Positions 28,118-37,234 of a DNA stretch of 64,000 nt are shown in pieces. Both the position numbers and the translations under genes were made by a program. The notes beneath the pieces are model-generated. The model was not told the DNA's origin and did not search any database. It worked only from the letters and a program-made list of their open reading frames with translations. The stretch is from Chloroflexota bacterium (GTDB lineage: Bacteria; Chloroflexota; Dehalococcoidia; Lucifugimonadales; Lucifugimonadaceae). The DNA lies in the NCBI GenBank assembly GCA_029262735.1, contig JAJCYY010000013.1:4108-68107 (forward strand), written 5' to 3'. Numbering within the stretch: the stretch's first letter is position 1; each line of letters begins with the position of its first letter.

Positions 28118-29708
28118 TCCTGATATTCAAATCGAGGCTATTCTCTCCGGGTTTCCAGAGCAGATATGCATGGTTGTCCCGAAGCCGGAGTGTTCTTGAA
28201 ACGTCGACTGCCGTGATACCACCGTCGCAGTGTTCAAGAATGTGGGCTTTTAATGTCTGAGGAAACAGGTCGTAGTCTTCGATGAAAAGTAAATCACAGA
28301 CGTCAAGTAACCCGTCCAGGATGCTGGCCCCGTTCGCGGACAACAGGGACTCCTCATTGAATATCCGAGCGGGCGCATAAAAATCGTGCTCACGGCCATC
28401 ATTCGAGTCGCATCCAGTGAGGCGATGCATGCTTCGGTAGAAAGCAGAGAGTGATAGCAGTATGCAAGAACAGCTCGAATCGGCAGCGATTTGGCGGTTT
28501 TGAAATGAAACTGCTCGATCACCGTCACCGAAGCCATAGCAAACTTGACCTAAAAACTTTTCGTTGTGCACGTCAGACTTTTCGAAGGACCTGCGGGCCT
28601 TGGGCTCCATGCACAGATCGGCCCAGGAGAGGCCGGTAATATCGAATTTGCTTAGATTGTTGAGCAGCTTAGAGATGATTCCGATGCGGATACCGTTGGA
28701 AGCTGGCAGCCTGTCGAAAGAATCCAGCCAGCGCCTGTTGTCCTCGGCAAAGAACGTTACGCAGTCAAATTTCTCCTTGATCGATTCGCCGCGAAGGAAT
28801 CGCAGCGGATCCCTCACAACCAGATCCACAGACCAAACACGTACGCGGCAGGAGCCGGATTCAGCAGAGAGTCGAGTCCGGGAGCGTTTGAGCGTCGTGG
28901 AAACCAGGCTCCCGCTACCGGCTCCTATATCCACGATCTCGACGCCTCGATAGGTGTCCTTCTCGGCAGACCACTGTCGTATTACCGGATCAATCACTTT
29001 GTTCACTATGCGCTTGGCTCGCTGCTCAGATCGCGGATCGACACCGCTCGTTGCGAAGTTCGAAAATGCGTCAACTGTCAAGAAACTAGCCGTCCGTGCG
29101 CGATTGGATGCTGCCGGGAAGATCAGCAGCGACAGTTGAGAATTAGGAACCAGCGTTAATTGCCGGTAGTGGTAGAACAGCTCGGCATCTTCGCTGGCAG
29201 CTAGCATGATCAATGGAAGATATCCTGTGCTGTCGGGACTGTTCGGAGCATTCAGCTTTGCCATCAGATAAGCCGGGTTTCTGAGAGTAGTCGTCGCCCC
29301 CGCCTTTCCGTGGCTGTCTGCAGGCGAGGTCAGAATCGCAAAGCACTCGAACGCTAGGACAGTCCTCAATGCAGCTCGGTACTTCATTTCAACGCTCGTC
29401 GACACCACGGCATCCACACTGTTAAGTAATCTGAAGTAGTTGTAGCAGTAGTCAGCTACGTGGGATGAATCGAAGCCACACGCAATATATTCCAGCCAGA
29501 TTCCACGAAGGGACTCCAGACGCTTATCGACTTCATGAATGTGCAAATCCGTCACAGGGGGCCAATACTCTGCCCAGTCGGCCGTATCTATGTGAAATTG
29601 ACCTGATTGATGAACCGTTACGCTCTTGATGAGAGTAGGTTCCTGCAATGCTGATAGAAGTGACCCGCGAAACAAGGATCTTACGGTCTTGTCGGCCATG
29701 CTTGGCAA
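28089..29708 (-). CDS. Large protein with a central class-I SAM-dependent methyltransferase-like domain
   Basis: 539 aa. Motif I VEIVDIGAGSGSL, followed by VRVWSVDLV. The N-terminal roughly 250 aa and C-terminal roughly 150 aa have no motif I recognise. The 3' end overlaps the ParB-like gene by 29 nt. Confidence 0.5.
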   Translation of the reverse strand: MPSMADKTVRSLFRGSLLSALQEPTLIKSVTVHQSGQFHIDTADWAEYWPPVTDLHIHEVDKRLESLRGIWLEYIACGFDSSHVADYCYNYFRLLNSVDAVVSTSVEMKYRAALRTVLAFECFAILTSPADSHGKAGATTTLRNPAYLMAKLNAPNSPDSTGYLPLIMLAASEDAELFYHYRQLTLVPNSQLSLLIFPAASNRARTASFLTVDAFSNFATSGVDPRSEQRAKRIVNKVIDPVIRQWSAEKDTYRGVEIVDIGAGSGSLVSTTLKRSRTRLSAESGSCRVRVWSVDLVVRDPLRFLRGESIKEKFDCVTFFAEDNRRWLDSFDRLPASNGIRIGIISKLLNNLSKFDITGLSWADLCMEPKARRSFEKSDVHNEKFLGQVCYGFGDGDRAVSFQNRQIAADSSCSCILLSLSAFYRSMHRLTGCDSNDGREHDFYAPARIFNEESLLSANGASILDGLLDVCDLLFIEDYDLFPQTLKAHILEHCDGGITAVDVSRTLRLRDNHAYLLWKPGENSLDLNIRNASRLVPAS

Positions 29709-30021
29709 ATGGAACCACCCGAGTGTCCGGTGAAGAAGAGAAATATACGAATCGGGAATCGAGCTCGAGCGCCGGGCTTTTCTTGCCGGTTACGCTCCTC
29801 TCCAACATAGAAACAGGTGACAGCAAGAACAACCGGCATGTCAGGTGAGCTGACTAAACAGCGCCGACAGAGTCTGACGGCAGCGATAAAGAAGATCGCT
29901 CCTAAACAGATGAAAAGAATCGGTGACGAGATCCATTCTCAATCGTCAAACATGCCTATGAAGTGACCAACAAGCGCTAGGCGACAATTTTCAACTCGCC
30001 ACCGAGCCCACTGAACAGCAA

Positions 30022-30075
30022 TGGTGGGGAAGGTGGGATTCGAACCCACACGGATTGCTCCACATGCTCCTAAGG
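30022..30075 (-). repeat. tRNA-Leu 3' fragment (att remnant)
   Basis: TGGTGGGGAAGGTGGGATTCGAACCCACACGGATTGCTCCACATGCTCCTAAGG. The acceptor, T-arm and anticodon arm match tRNA-Leu; the variable arm differs. Confidence 0.85.
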
Positions 30076-30180
30076 GATGAAGAGGTTGTTCACAGACATA
30101 CCACAACGTCCTTCCAAGTGCGCGGCGAATGGCAACAGGTCCACAAACGACCACCTGCGTCCAAGAGTGTCGCTCGTTGC

Positions 30181-30200
30181 TACTGTCAGATTGACTGTCT
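30181..30200 (+). repeat. Bipartite motif copy (degenerate): ACTGTCAG-ATTG-ACTGTCTG
   Basis: 13/16 match to ACTGTCAA-N4-ACTGTCAA. It lies 106 nt inside the distal end of island C. Confidence 0.45.
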
Positions 30201-30671
30201 GGTTTGCATCGAACCGTCCATGGAATCAGCACACGAGGGCCAAACACACGCGTCTTCGGGTTGACCTTGTATCTTCTTCGCTAACGTCGCCTGGATGGTG
30301 GCGTCGATGTGACCTTCTCCCCGAGATTCGCGCCGAATTAGGTGATAATTTTCAGGGAAGATTCTGAACCTAAGAATGGGAGATCATGTCGTGAAGAGAT
30401 CTCAGGTTACAAACGATCAGCCGTTCTTCTGGCGGATGTCCCGTACCGCTCCTGTCAGGATTGCTGTCATGTGGTTGCCGAAAACCATGAACGACAATTG
30501 TTACTCCAGTTGGCCCGGCTTGTGATGGAAGTTTTGGGACCATGAGCAGCGGCCGACGGCACATGCTTACCTGATATGAGGTGGACTTCGCGCTGGTTCC
30601 CTGAAGCAGCGATTTCGAATCCTTGTGTTTTCAGGTAATGAATACTGGGCCATGTATTTTTAGGAAACTCA

Positions 30672-30974
30672 TCACCCTCGCTGTATCGGACTCGCATTTA
30701 CTTTTTGCTCATCAATGATGATCTTTGCGGCTGATCCCCACAGGTAACCACCGAGTGCTCCAAACGGAATGCCAGCCACGAAGAGTCCCAGTCCGGCGCC
30801 AATACGAATGCCCATCTCGCCCCAGCCAACTCCGCCGCCCACATCGACGTCGTAATCGAGTGCGAACAGGAGGGCCATGCCGGCGAGGAAACCGGCGATG
30901 GCCACGATCCAGGCAATGACCGAAAGAATGCGGACGAACAGAAACGTCGGCCAGAGAACCAGGTAGCGGATCAT
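30672..30974 (-). CDS. Small Gly-rich integral membrane protein (3 predicted TM)
   Basis: 100 aa. Starts 6 nt after the flotillin-like stop, so it is probably co-transcribed. Confidence 0.6.
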   Translation of the reverse strand: MIRYLVLWPTFLFVRILSVIAWIVAIAGFLAGMALLFALDYDVDVGGGVGWGEMGIRIGAGLGLFVAGIPFGALGGYLWGSAAKIIIDEQKVNASPIQRG

Positions 30975-30980
30975 TACTCA

Positions 30981-33020
30981 CTAACCCTTTTCATCGATTT
31001 CCGCGTCACCGTCGGTTACAGCAACAACTTCATCACCGGGGATCTGATTTGGGACAGCTACACCTGGTTCTGCAGGGCTAGCTTCGGTGACTTCAGGATT
31101 CGAGCCTGGCTCCGCCTGAGGTCCATCTTCGTTCGCTATGTCAGTGATCTCGGATACACCTGATGCGTTCACTGACGGCCCAAGCGCTGTCGCCAACCAG
31201 GCGTTGAACAAACCGTTCCCGTCGCCGCCCCCGGTCACAGAAATTTCTGGGGTGATCTTCACGTTGCCCCTTGCGACCTCCTCCAGCACCTTCAAGACGG
31301 CCAACCGCTCCGAGCCGATCACGCCTGCCTGCGCCGAGAACGCCTCGGCAGTTGCAAGGCCAACCTGCTTCACCGCCTGCGCATCACCATCAGCACGGGT
31401 GCTGGTGGAATCACGGACACCTTCAGCCTCCCTCCGGGCCGCCTCCGCCCTGCTACCAGCAATCTCTACCGACAGCTTCGCCTCTACGACCTGTGTCTGC
31501 TGGTCGGCCCGCGCCCGTTGCTCCTGGACACCGATGCGCTCCGATTCGGCGAGCGCTTCCTGCTGATACTGAGCCTGCTGCTGGGTCGCGATTTCCTTCC
31601 TCGTCTGCGTGTCCAGCAAAGACTGGTCGACCGCGATGTATGCGATCAGTAGGTTCTGTGCTTCCACGAAGTAGTGAAGAAACTCTTCGCGAGCCCTTGC
31701 CAGCGCCTGCTGCTGCAACTCAGACCTGCCCTGTACAAAAGCGATAGCCTTCTCTTCACCTGCCCTATTCCGGAATGACGAGTCGATCAGTGGGTGAACG
31801 ATCTGCTCGATCAAGTTCTCAACCGAACCAAAACGAGCGATGACGAATGGTGCGTATTCCGGCCGGATCCGAATGATCATCCGGACATCCACGTCGAGGT
31901 GGAAACCGTCCATCGAAGTCACACGCAGCTGGTTGAACTTGAAGAACTCAGCGGCTCGGCCTTCGGTGCCCGGCTCGAATTCGATCGGCACCGGTGAAGG
32001 TAGGTCCATCCTCACGTGAGGACCTGAAGCCCAGTCGATCGTCACTGCACTGGTTGGAACCAGAAACGGGTTGTAGGCAATCGGGTTCAAGTTGTACGTT
32101 CCGGGTGCCACAGGATCACGGAGGATCCCGCGCCTTTCACGGTCGGTTATCAGAAGCCCTTCAATTCCCTCGTGAATCGGCTGGCGTAGGTCCTCAGTGC
32201 TTCCAGGAATACGCGGCGTTTCGATGTTGTCATCGAGCTCCTTTCCTACGTTCGATCTGAGTACTGCAACGTACCCGGGCGGCACATCGGCAACCGGGTG
32301 CGTCTGGATCTCGAACAGCAGCGGATTGATGTAGTAGCTACCGGGCTGAAGCGTGTCCAACTGCGGACCCCGATAACCCCCACCCTCTATGAACGACTGT
32401 CCATCCTGAAAGAACCGGTACTGACGAACGCGCGTGCCCTCGTCCGAAGCAGCATCCACAGGTTTAGGCGCCACGATGTATCCGGGTGCAAGCGCCATAC
32501 CGTCTAGCGCTATGGCGACTCCCACCTGCCCCGCTTCGATCTTCGTCGCACGCGCAGTTCGAATCCTGAACAGCTGCGTGTTTATCCGGTAGACGCCCGG
32601 GCGAATGATCTCGACCTGCGGGCCTTTTTTGCCTCCGCTCTGAAGGAAGGCGCGACCATCCTGGAACGAGTCACAGTCGACTGCGTCACCCAGCAATCTC
32701 CCGGCGGGAAGCGCTTCGCCGTCGATCGATTCGACGATACCAACCTCGTCAGGGTTGATCACCGTCACCGGAACGCTTTCAAACTTCCATGTCAGCGGAG
32801 ATCGCCAGTACAGCCCCGGCTTCAATACTGAAGCGAGAATGCCCACTTCCTGGTTCCGGGCGATTATGTGTCCCTGGGGCAGCTCTTTGCCGCCCATCTT
32901 CCGGGTCAGTATTCCGACCTGGTCGTCCCGAACCAACCTGACACCCGTCGCGACAAACGAAGCGAGCGAAAAGAACGCGATGCCGGACACAATTGCCAGG
33001 CCAACTATTTCGATAGCCAT
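30981..33020 (-). CDS. SPFH/Band-7 flotillin-like protein (YqiK-like)
   Basis: 679 aa. N-terminal TM anchor. Threefold internal repeat (..G.V.......G..L..G......PG.Y.IN...F.I). An SPFH core, then a long A/E/Q-rich coiled-coil flotillin-type tail. Confidence 0.75.
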   Translation of the reverse strand: MAIEIVGLAIVSGIAFFSLASFVATGVRLVRDDQVGILTRKMGGKELPQGHIIARNQEVGILASVLKPGLYWRSPLTWKFESVPVTVINPDEVGIVESIDGEALPAGRLLGDAVDCDSFQDGRAFLQSGGKKGPQVEIIRPGVYRINTQLFRIRTARATKIEAGQVGVAIALDGMALAPGYIVAPKPVDAASDEGTRVRQYRFFQDGQSFIEGGGYRGPQLDTLQPGSYYINPLLFEIQTHPVADVPPGYVAVLRSNVGKELDDNIETPRIPGSTEDLRQPIHEGIEGLLITDRERRGILRDPVAPGTYNLNPIAYNPFLVPTSAVTIDWASGPHVRMDLPSPVPIEFEPGTEGRAAEFFKFNQLRVTSMDGFHLDVDVRMIIRIRPEYAPFVIARFGSVENLIEQIVHPLIDSSFRNRAGEEKAIAFVQGRSELQQQALARAREEFLHYFVEAQNLLIAYIAVDQSLLDTQTRKEIATQQQAQYQQEALAESERIGVQEQRARADQQTQVVEAKLSVEIAGSRAEAARREAEGVRDSTSTRADGDAQAVKQVGLATAEAFSAQAGVIGSERLAVLKVLEEVARGNVKITPEISVTGGGDGNGLFNAWLATALGPSVNASGVSEITDIANEDGPQAEPGSNPEVTEASPAEPGVAVPNQIPGDEVVAVTDGDAEIDEKG

Positions 33021-33089
33021 CTTTCTTAAACCTCTTCACCACAATCAAAGTTGCAGCGGAGCGTCCGCTGTGTTGTCGAGCGATCCATC

Positions 33090-33437
33090 TCAGGTGCTAC
33101 TTCCGAGCTGCCACATCCGGGTACCGACAGCGAAAACCAGAACCGTCGGCACGAACAACGTGATGCCGAATGCCAACTGGAATGCGTAACTGGACCGAAG
33201 CTCTCGGAATCCGATAGCGCGGGAAATTGCCTCTGCGGCATGGAGCAACACCCACGACGTGATCCACATGACCGATGCAAGTGCCAGGACTGGCACTGCC
33301 ATGCAACGCGCTGTCGCCCTGGCAGGCCGCGAAATCAGCGATCTAACCGAAGAGGCCAACGTCGTTCCGGTTGATATGCGTGAAACGACCTCGACCAGTG
33401 TTGAACTTGATGCCTCAATTGCTGCACGGGACTGCAT
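33090..33437 (-). CDS. Hypothetical small membrane protein upstream of the flotillin-like gene
   Basis: 115-aa ORF with two hydrophobic helices in the C-terminal 70 aa. Start codon uncertain (internal Met at MAVPVLAL...). Confidence 0.4.
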   Translation of the reverse strand: MQSRAAIEASSSTLVEVVSRISTGTTLASSVRSLISRPARATARCMAVPVLALASVMWITSWVLLHAAEAISRAIGFRELRSSYAFQLAFGITLFVPTVLVFAVGTRMWQLGSST

Positions 33438-33496
33438 TGGTTTCTCCTTTAGCGGGCTGGTACTCGGTCATCGAGCACGACCTCCTGCGGACACAA

Positions 33497-33523
33497 CCCT
33501 GTGCCCCCTGTGCCCCCTTTGCC
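33497..33523 (+). repeat. Three tandem 9-mers: CCCTGTGCC CCCTGTGCC CCCTTTGCC
   Basis: Read directly in the divergent intergenic region between the flotillin operon and the STAND gene. Confidence 0.5.
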
Positions 33524-33684
33524 CTTTGAGAAACACACTAGCCACGGCCTAGTCCCATCTGTAGCTCGCCAGTCCCAGGAGCGTCCCAGAGTTCAATCCC
33601 GCAATCCCACGGAGTCGCGTCCGAGTCCTACAACAGGTGCCGGAGAATCCGCCCGTAAACTCATAGGCCTATAATCCCCGCCAG

Positions 33685-36600
33685 ATGACAGACCTGAATC
33701 AATCTGGATTCGTGACCAACGCTGCCGGTGCGCAGGAAAACGTTGAGCACGATGAAATCGAGTCCCAGCCTGCGAGAACAGATCCTCTGGCAAACCAGTT
33801 GCGGAGCGCGCTGGATGCTCTTCATGACATCAAGGAACTAGAACGGCATCCCCTCGCGTTCCGCCTGGCCGGTAAGTCCGAGAGCACGCCGGAGCTCCGT
33901 GCCCGTCGACTGCAAAGGTGGCTCGTAGACGCCATCAATAAGCTACGACCTGAGAATCCGGGCAGGGCACCCGATTCCCAGGAGAGCCGGTGGCATACGC
34001 TGCTGAACGCGCGGTACATCGAGGGTCTTGAGCCGGAGGTTGTGTGGAGGCGGATCGGGCACGGCCGATCAAGCTTCTTTCGACACGTAAGTAGTGGAAT
34101 TGATGAATTGGCCCGGCAGTTTCGAAACGAGACGTCCGGTGGACCCGACGCCATTCCTCCCCTGATCTCCGGCGGCTACGAATCAGAATTCGTTGGCCGA
34201 GAGCAGGAGTTCTCGGTTCTCAAGGCCCTCTACAACGAGGTCGCTTCAGGAGCCGGCGGCCGGGTCGCAATGATCACCGGTGAGGAAGGGATTGGGAAGA
34301 CCCGACTCGCTCGGGAGCTTGGCAAGTTTGTTGAGAAAGAGGGAGGCTTATTCCTCGAGGGCCGATGGGCCGCGTGGGAGGGCGCTGCTCCGTACGGCGC
34401 TCTTGCCGACAGCCTGAGACAGGGCATTCGTCAGCTTGATCCTGAGGAAGTCGATTTTGCTGTAGGTCCTTACAGGCGTGAACTGACCCGTATCCTGCCA
34501 GAACTGGCTGAAAAGCCAGAGAGCCGAACCGATGAGACGGCACAAGGTGTCGAGGGTGAACAGCTGCGCTTCTACGACGGCGTGTTCTGGCTCGTCCAGA
34601 ACCTGTCGCAGAAACAGCCGCTCGTCCTGCTTCTCGACGACCTCCACCTCGCCCCACAGATGAGTCTGCAGCTACATATCGCGCGACGCCTGCCGGAGCT
34701 GCGACTGCTCATTGTTTACGGATTCAGGGAGAACGAGTTAGCCGAGAAGACTGCCCTTTTTACCGGACGCAACGAGATGGTGCGGAACAGGCTAGTAACC
34801 GACATAGCGTTAATGCCAATCACTGAATCCCAGGTAGAGCAAATCATCGCAAACGCCTTCGAACCAGACATCGCAGCTCATCTGCGAAACCGGATTTTCG
34901 AAATTAATCGAGGCAACCCATTCTTTGTCGAAGAGGTCCTCCGATATCTGCTGCAGAACCAAATGATCCGCAGGTCCGACAGAGGATGGGAAGTCCAAGA
35001 CATCACGCATCTTGGCATTCCCGAAACAGTCAAGCGGCTTGTCCAGGATAGGGTCGACAGGCTGGGCGAAGAAGCAACAAGCGTCCTGCGGCAAGCGTCT
35101 GTGCTGGGAAGAGATTTCAGATTCGATGCTCTGACTGTGATGACCCAATTGCCCGAAGACGAGCTTGTCGAAGTAATTGAAAGGGCCGTCGCTGGCGGGG
35201 TGCTGGTCGACAGTACGCGCGCAGCTGCAGCCGAGGAGTACAGGTTCCGTGATGACCATGTCCGGGAAGCTCTGTACGACGGCATCACTTCACCCAGGCG
35301 GAGGCGATACCATCGGGCGGCTGGCGGCGCACTAGAAGAGACCGACCCGAGCAGACTCCAGGAGCTTGCATTTCACTTCACCACGGGCAGTGATCTGGAA
35401 CGTGGTGCGAAGTACTCATTCGAAGCGGCTGAACAAGCCAACGCAGCGTTCTCGTGGAACAGGGCCATACCACTATACCGTGATGCTCTCGACCTCTGGG
35501 ACGAGCTTGGCGATCACCGGGATGAACGAGCTTTGGCAGCGGAACGCCTCGGAAACGCCTGCTACAAATCAGGCATTCAAGCGCAGCGAGCTACAGGCTA
35601 CTTCCAGCAGTCCCTCGATCTCTACACGGAGCTTGGAAACGAATCCAAAGCGGCGACCATTCTCTCGGAACTCGGCCGCGAGCACATGCACAGCGGCAAC
35701 CTGGCTGCCCAGGACTTGAACTTGGCACTAAAGCACTTCACCGATGCAGAGGCGATCATCTCCCGAGAACCGGAGAGCATCAGGCACGGCATGGTGTACT
35801 GCGGACTTGCGATGGTGCACCTGGACAGGATGGAATTTCGTGACGCGCTCGAATGGGCGCACAGGGCGTTCGAAGTTGGCAAACGCATCAACGCTCCGGC
35901 TGTTATTGCGAACGCCAGCGTCCCTCTCGGCGCTGCGACGGCGATGGAGAGCGTGTCAGACGCTGCGGACATCCTGGAGCGTGGTTGGCGCACTGCCATC
36001 GAATCGGACCTCGGCTTTCAATCTGATCTATCCCGCGCTTATGCAGCGCGCGTCCTAGGAGCGATGCCGAAAGATCCGCGCACCGGCATCGAGTGGGTAA
36101 ACCGAGGTCCGCGATATGAGACTACCTATTCACTGTTCGATATTCCCGCTCACCTGGTTGCGTTCCATGCGCTGGCAGGTGAGTTCGATGAGGCAGAGAA
36201 ACACTTGGACGAGCTTCAGCGTAGGCTGGCAGCGCTCGGTCAGCCCACATTCGGGCCATGGCCGGATGAACTTGGCCTACTGTGGATCCGCACCGGACAG
36301 CTGGAACATGCCGAGGTTCAGCTTGGCAAAGCGCTGGATTGGGCGACAAATAGCGGGAACAGGCTGGTTGAAGCCGGGACGGCAAGGCGTCTTGGCGAGG
36401 TACTGACACACCTGGGTCATTACGAGGTGGCCGAAGAGAAATTCCTGCATTCGCTCAAGCTGAACCGGGCCGGCGGGAATCGGATAGGTGAGTTGGCACT
36501 TTTACCACAACTCGCGCAGCTGTACTGCGAAACCGGACGATTCAACGATGCGGAGAACACTTTGGTGCGTGCCCGCAAAGTTGAATCCGAAATCGATGCG

Positions 36601-36894
36601 CCCGGAGCGCTAAAAGGTGATCTCTTTCTCGCCAATGGAATTGTGAACGCAGGCTTCCGGCGAATAGAAGAGTCCGACAATGCATTCAGGAGCGCCCTGG
36701 ATATTTACCGAGAGTTCGATCGCCCATGGGACGAGGCTCGTGCCTACTATGCACTGGGACTGGTGACAAGAGCGATTTCAGTCAACGAGTCTGATGTCAG
36801 CCGCTCTCGGGAACTAGTAGGGAAAGCGGATTCGCTGTTCTCGTCCATCGGTGCGACATGGTGGGCGGAACGTTGTCGTCAAGGTCATGCATGA
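33685..36894 (+). CDS. STAND-type AAA ATPase with N-terminal sigma70-r4/LuxR-like HTH and C-terminal TPR array
   Basis: 1069 aa. HTH-like LNARYIEGLEPEVVWRRIGHGRSSFFRHVSSGIDELA. Walker A ITGEEGIGKTRLAREL and Walker B LVLLLDDLHLA. The roughly 450-aa C-terminal part has TPR-like repeats (A..Y...L.LY.ELG). TATAAT at 33670-33675 ends 9 nt before the ATG. Confidence 0.75.
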   Translation: MTDLNQSGFVTNAAGAQENVEHDEIESQPARTDPLANQLRSALDALHDIKELERHPLAFRLAGKSESTPELRARRLQRWLVDAINKLRPENPGRAPDSQESRWHTLLNARYIEGLEPEVVWRRIGHGRSSFFRHVSSGIDELARQFRNETSGGPDAIPPLISGGYESEFVGREQEFSVLKALYNEVASGAGGRVAMITGEEGIGKTRLARELGKFVEKEGGLFLEGRWAAWEGAAPYGALADSLRQGIRQLDPEEVDFAVGPYRRELTRILPELAEKPESRTDETAQGVEGEQLRFYDGVFWLVQNLSQKQPLVLLLDDLHLAPQMSLQLHIARRLPELRLLIVYGFRENELAEKTALFTGRNEMVRNRLVTDIALMPITESQVEQIIANAFEPDIAAHLRNRIFEINRGNPFFVEEVLRYLLQNQMIRRSDRGWEVQDITHLGIPETVKRLVQDRVDRLGEEATSVLRQASVLGRDFRFDALTVMTQLPEDELVEVIERAVAGGVLVDSTRAAAAEEYRFRDDHVREALYDGITSPRRRRYHRAAGGALEETDPSRLQELAFHFTTGSDLERGAKYSFEAAEQANAAFSWNRAIPLYRDALDLWDELGDHRDERALAAERLGNACYKSGIQAQRATGYFQQSLDLYTELGNESKAATILSELGREHMHSGNLAAQDLNLALKHFTDAEAIISREPESIRHGMVYCGLAMVHLDRMEFRDALEWAHRAFEVGKRINAPAVIANASVPLGAATAMESVSDAADILERGWRTAIESDLGFQSDLSRAYAARVLGAMPKDPRTGIEWVNRGPRYETTYSLFDIPAHLVAFHALAGEFDEAEKHLDELQRRLAALGQPTFGPWPDELGLLWIRTGQLEHAEVQLGKALDWATNSGNRLVEAGTARRLGEVLTHLGHYEVAEEKFLHSLKLNRAGGNRIGELALLPQLAQLYCETGRFNDAENTLVRARKVESEIDAPGALKGDLFLANGIVNAGFRRIEESDNAFRSALDIYREFDRPWDEARAYYALGLVTRAISVNESDVSRSRELVGKADSLFSSIGATWWAERCRQGHA

Positions 36895-36947
36895 AGCTCG
36901 AAATTTCATCTCCAATTCTGACGATCACTGGAGCTAGCGATCGTGAA

Positions 36948-36967
36948 ACTGTCAAACATACTGTCAA
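36948..36967 (+). repeat. Bipartite motif copy: ACTGTCAA-ACAT-ACTGTCAA
   Basis: Perfect 16/16 half-sites. It lies 54 nt after the STAND stop and about 270 nt upstream of the MFS gene. Confidence 0.7.
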
Positions 36968-37234
36968 AATAGCGTGATGGAGGGGCAACTCATACCAGCT
37001 AATGAGTTTCGCAATTGAGAAATGACGTTTCATATGTGTGCTGGAAATTAGCGTCACATGCCCCGGCACTATGAAGAGCCCACTCAGACGCGGATCTCTC
37101 ATCTTCTTATAATCTCTCTCGTCGAGAGATTGGACTGAATCAAACCAAGATATCGTGCCATCAATCGGACACGATCGATGAAAAGAAGCCTGGTCATCGG
37201 GACCGTCGCCTGGTGTTCATCAAGGAGCCGGTGA

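Larger units (their letters stand above)
26213..30021. mobile_element. Genomic island B (three-gene cargo, integrase-less) in the tRNA-Leu tandem array
   Basis: Bounded by tRNA-Leu 3' fragments at 26157 and 30022. Hand counts of single 60-nt lines give about 50% GC here versus about 67% in a core line near 7.0 kb. The 10-mer ATTTTCAACT occurs just inside both ends (26214, 29987). Confidence 0.7.

Noticed and set aside
30467-30697. A 76-aa minus-strand ORF overlapping the 3' end of the small membrane protein gene.
   Set aside because: It has no RBS and no recognisable motif, and it overlaps the upstream gene by 26 nt. The evidence is insufficient to call it a gene, though it could be a real small protein.
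36797-37102. A 101-aa minus-strand ORF downstream of, and overlapping, the STAND gene.
   Set aside because: It overlaps the well-supported STAND 3' end, runs through the bipartite motif, and has an implausible composition.
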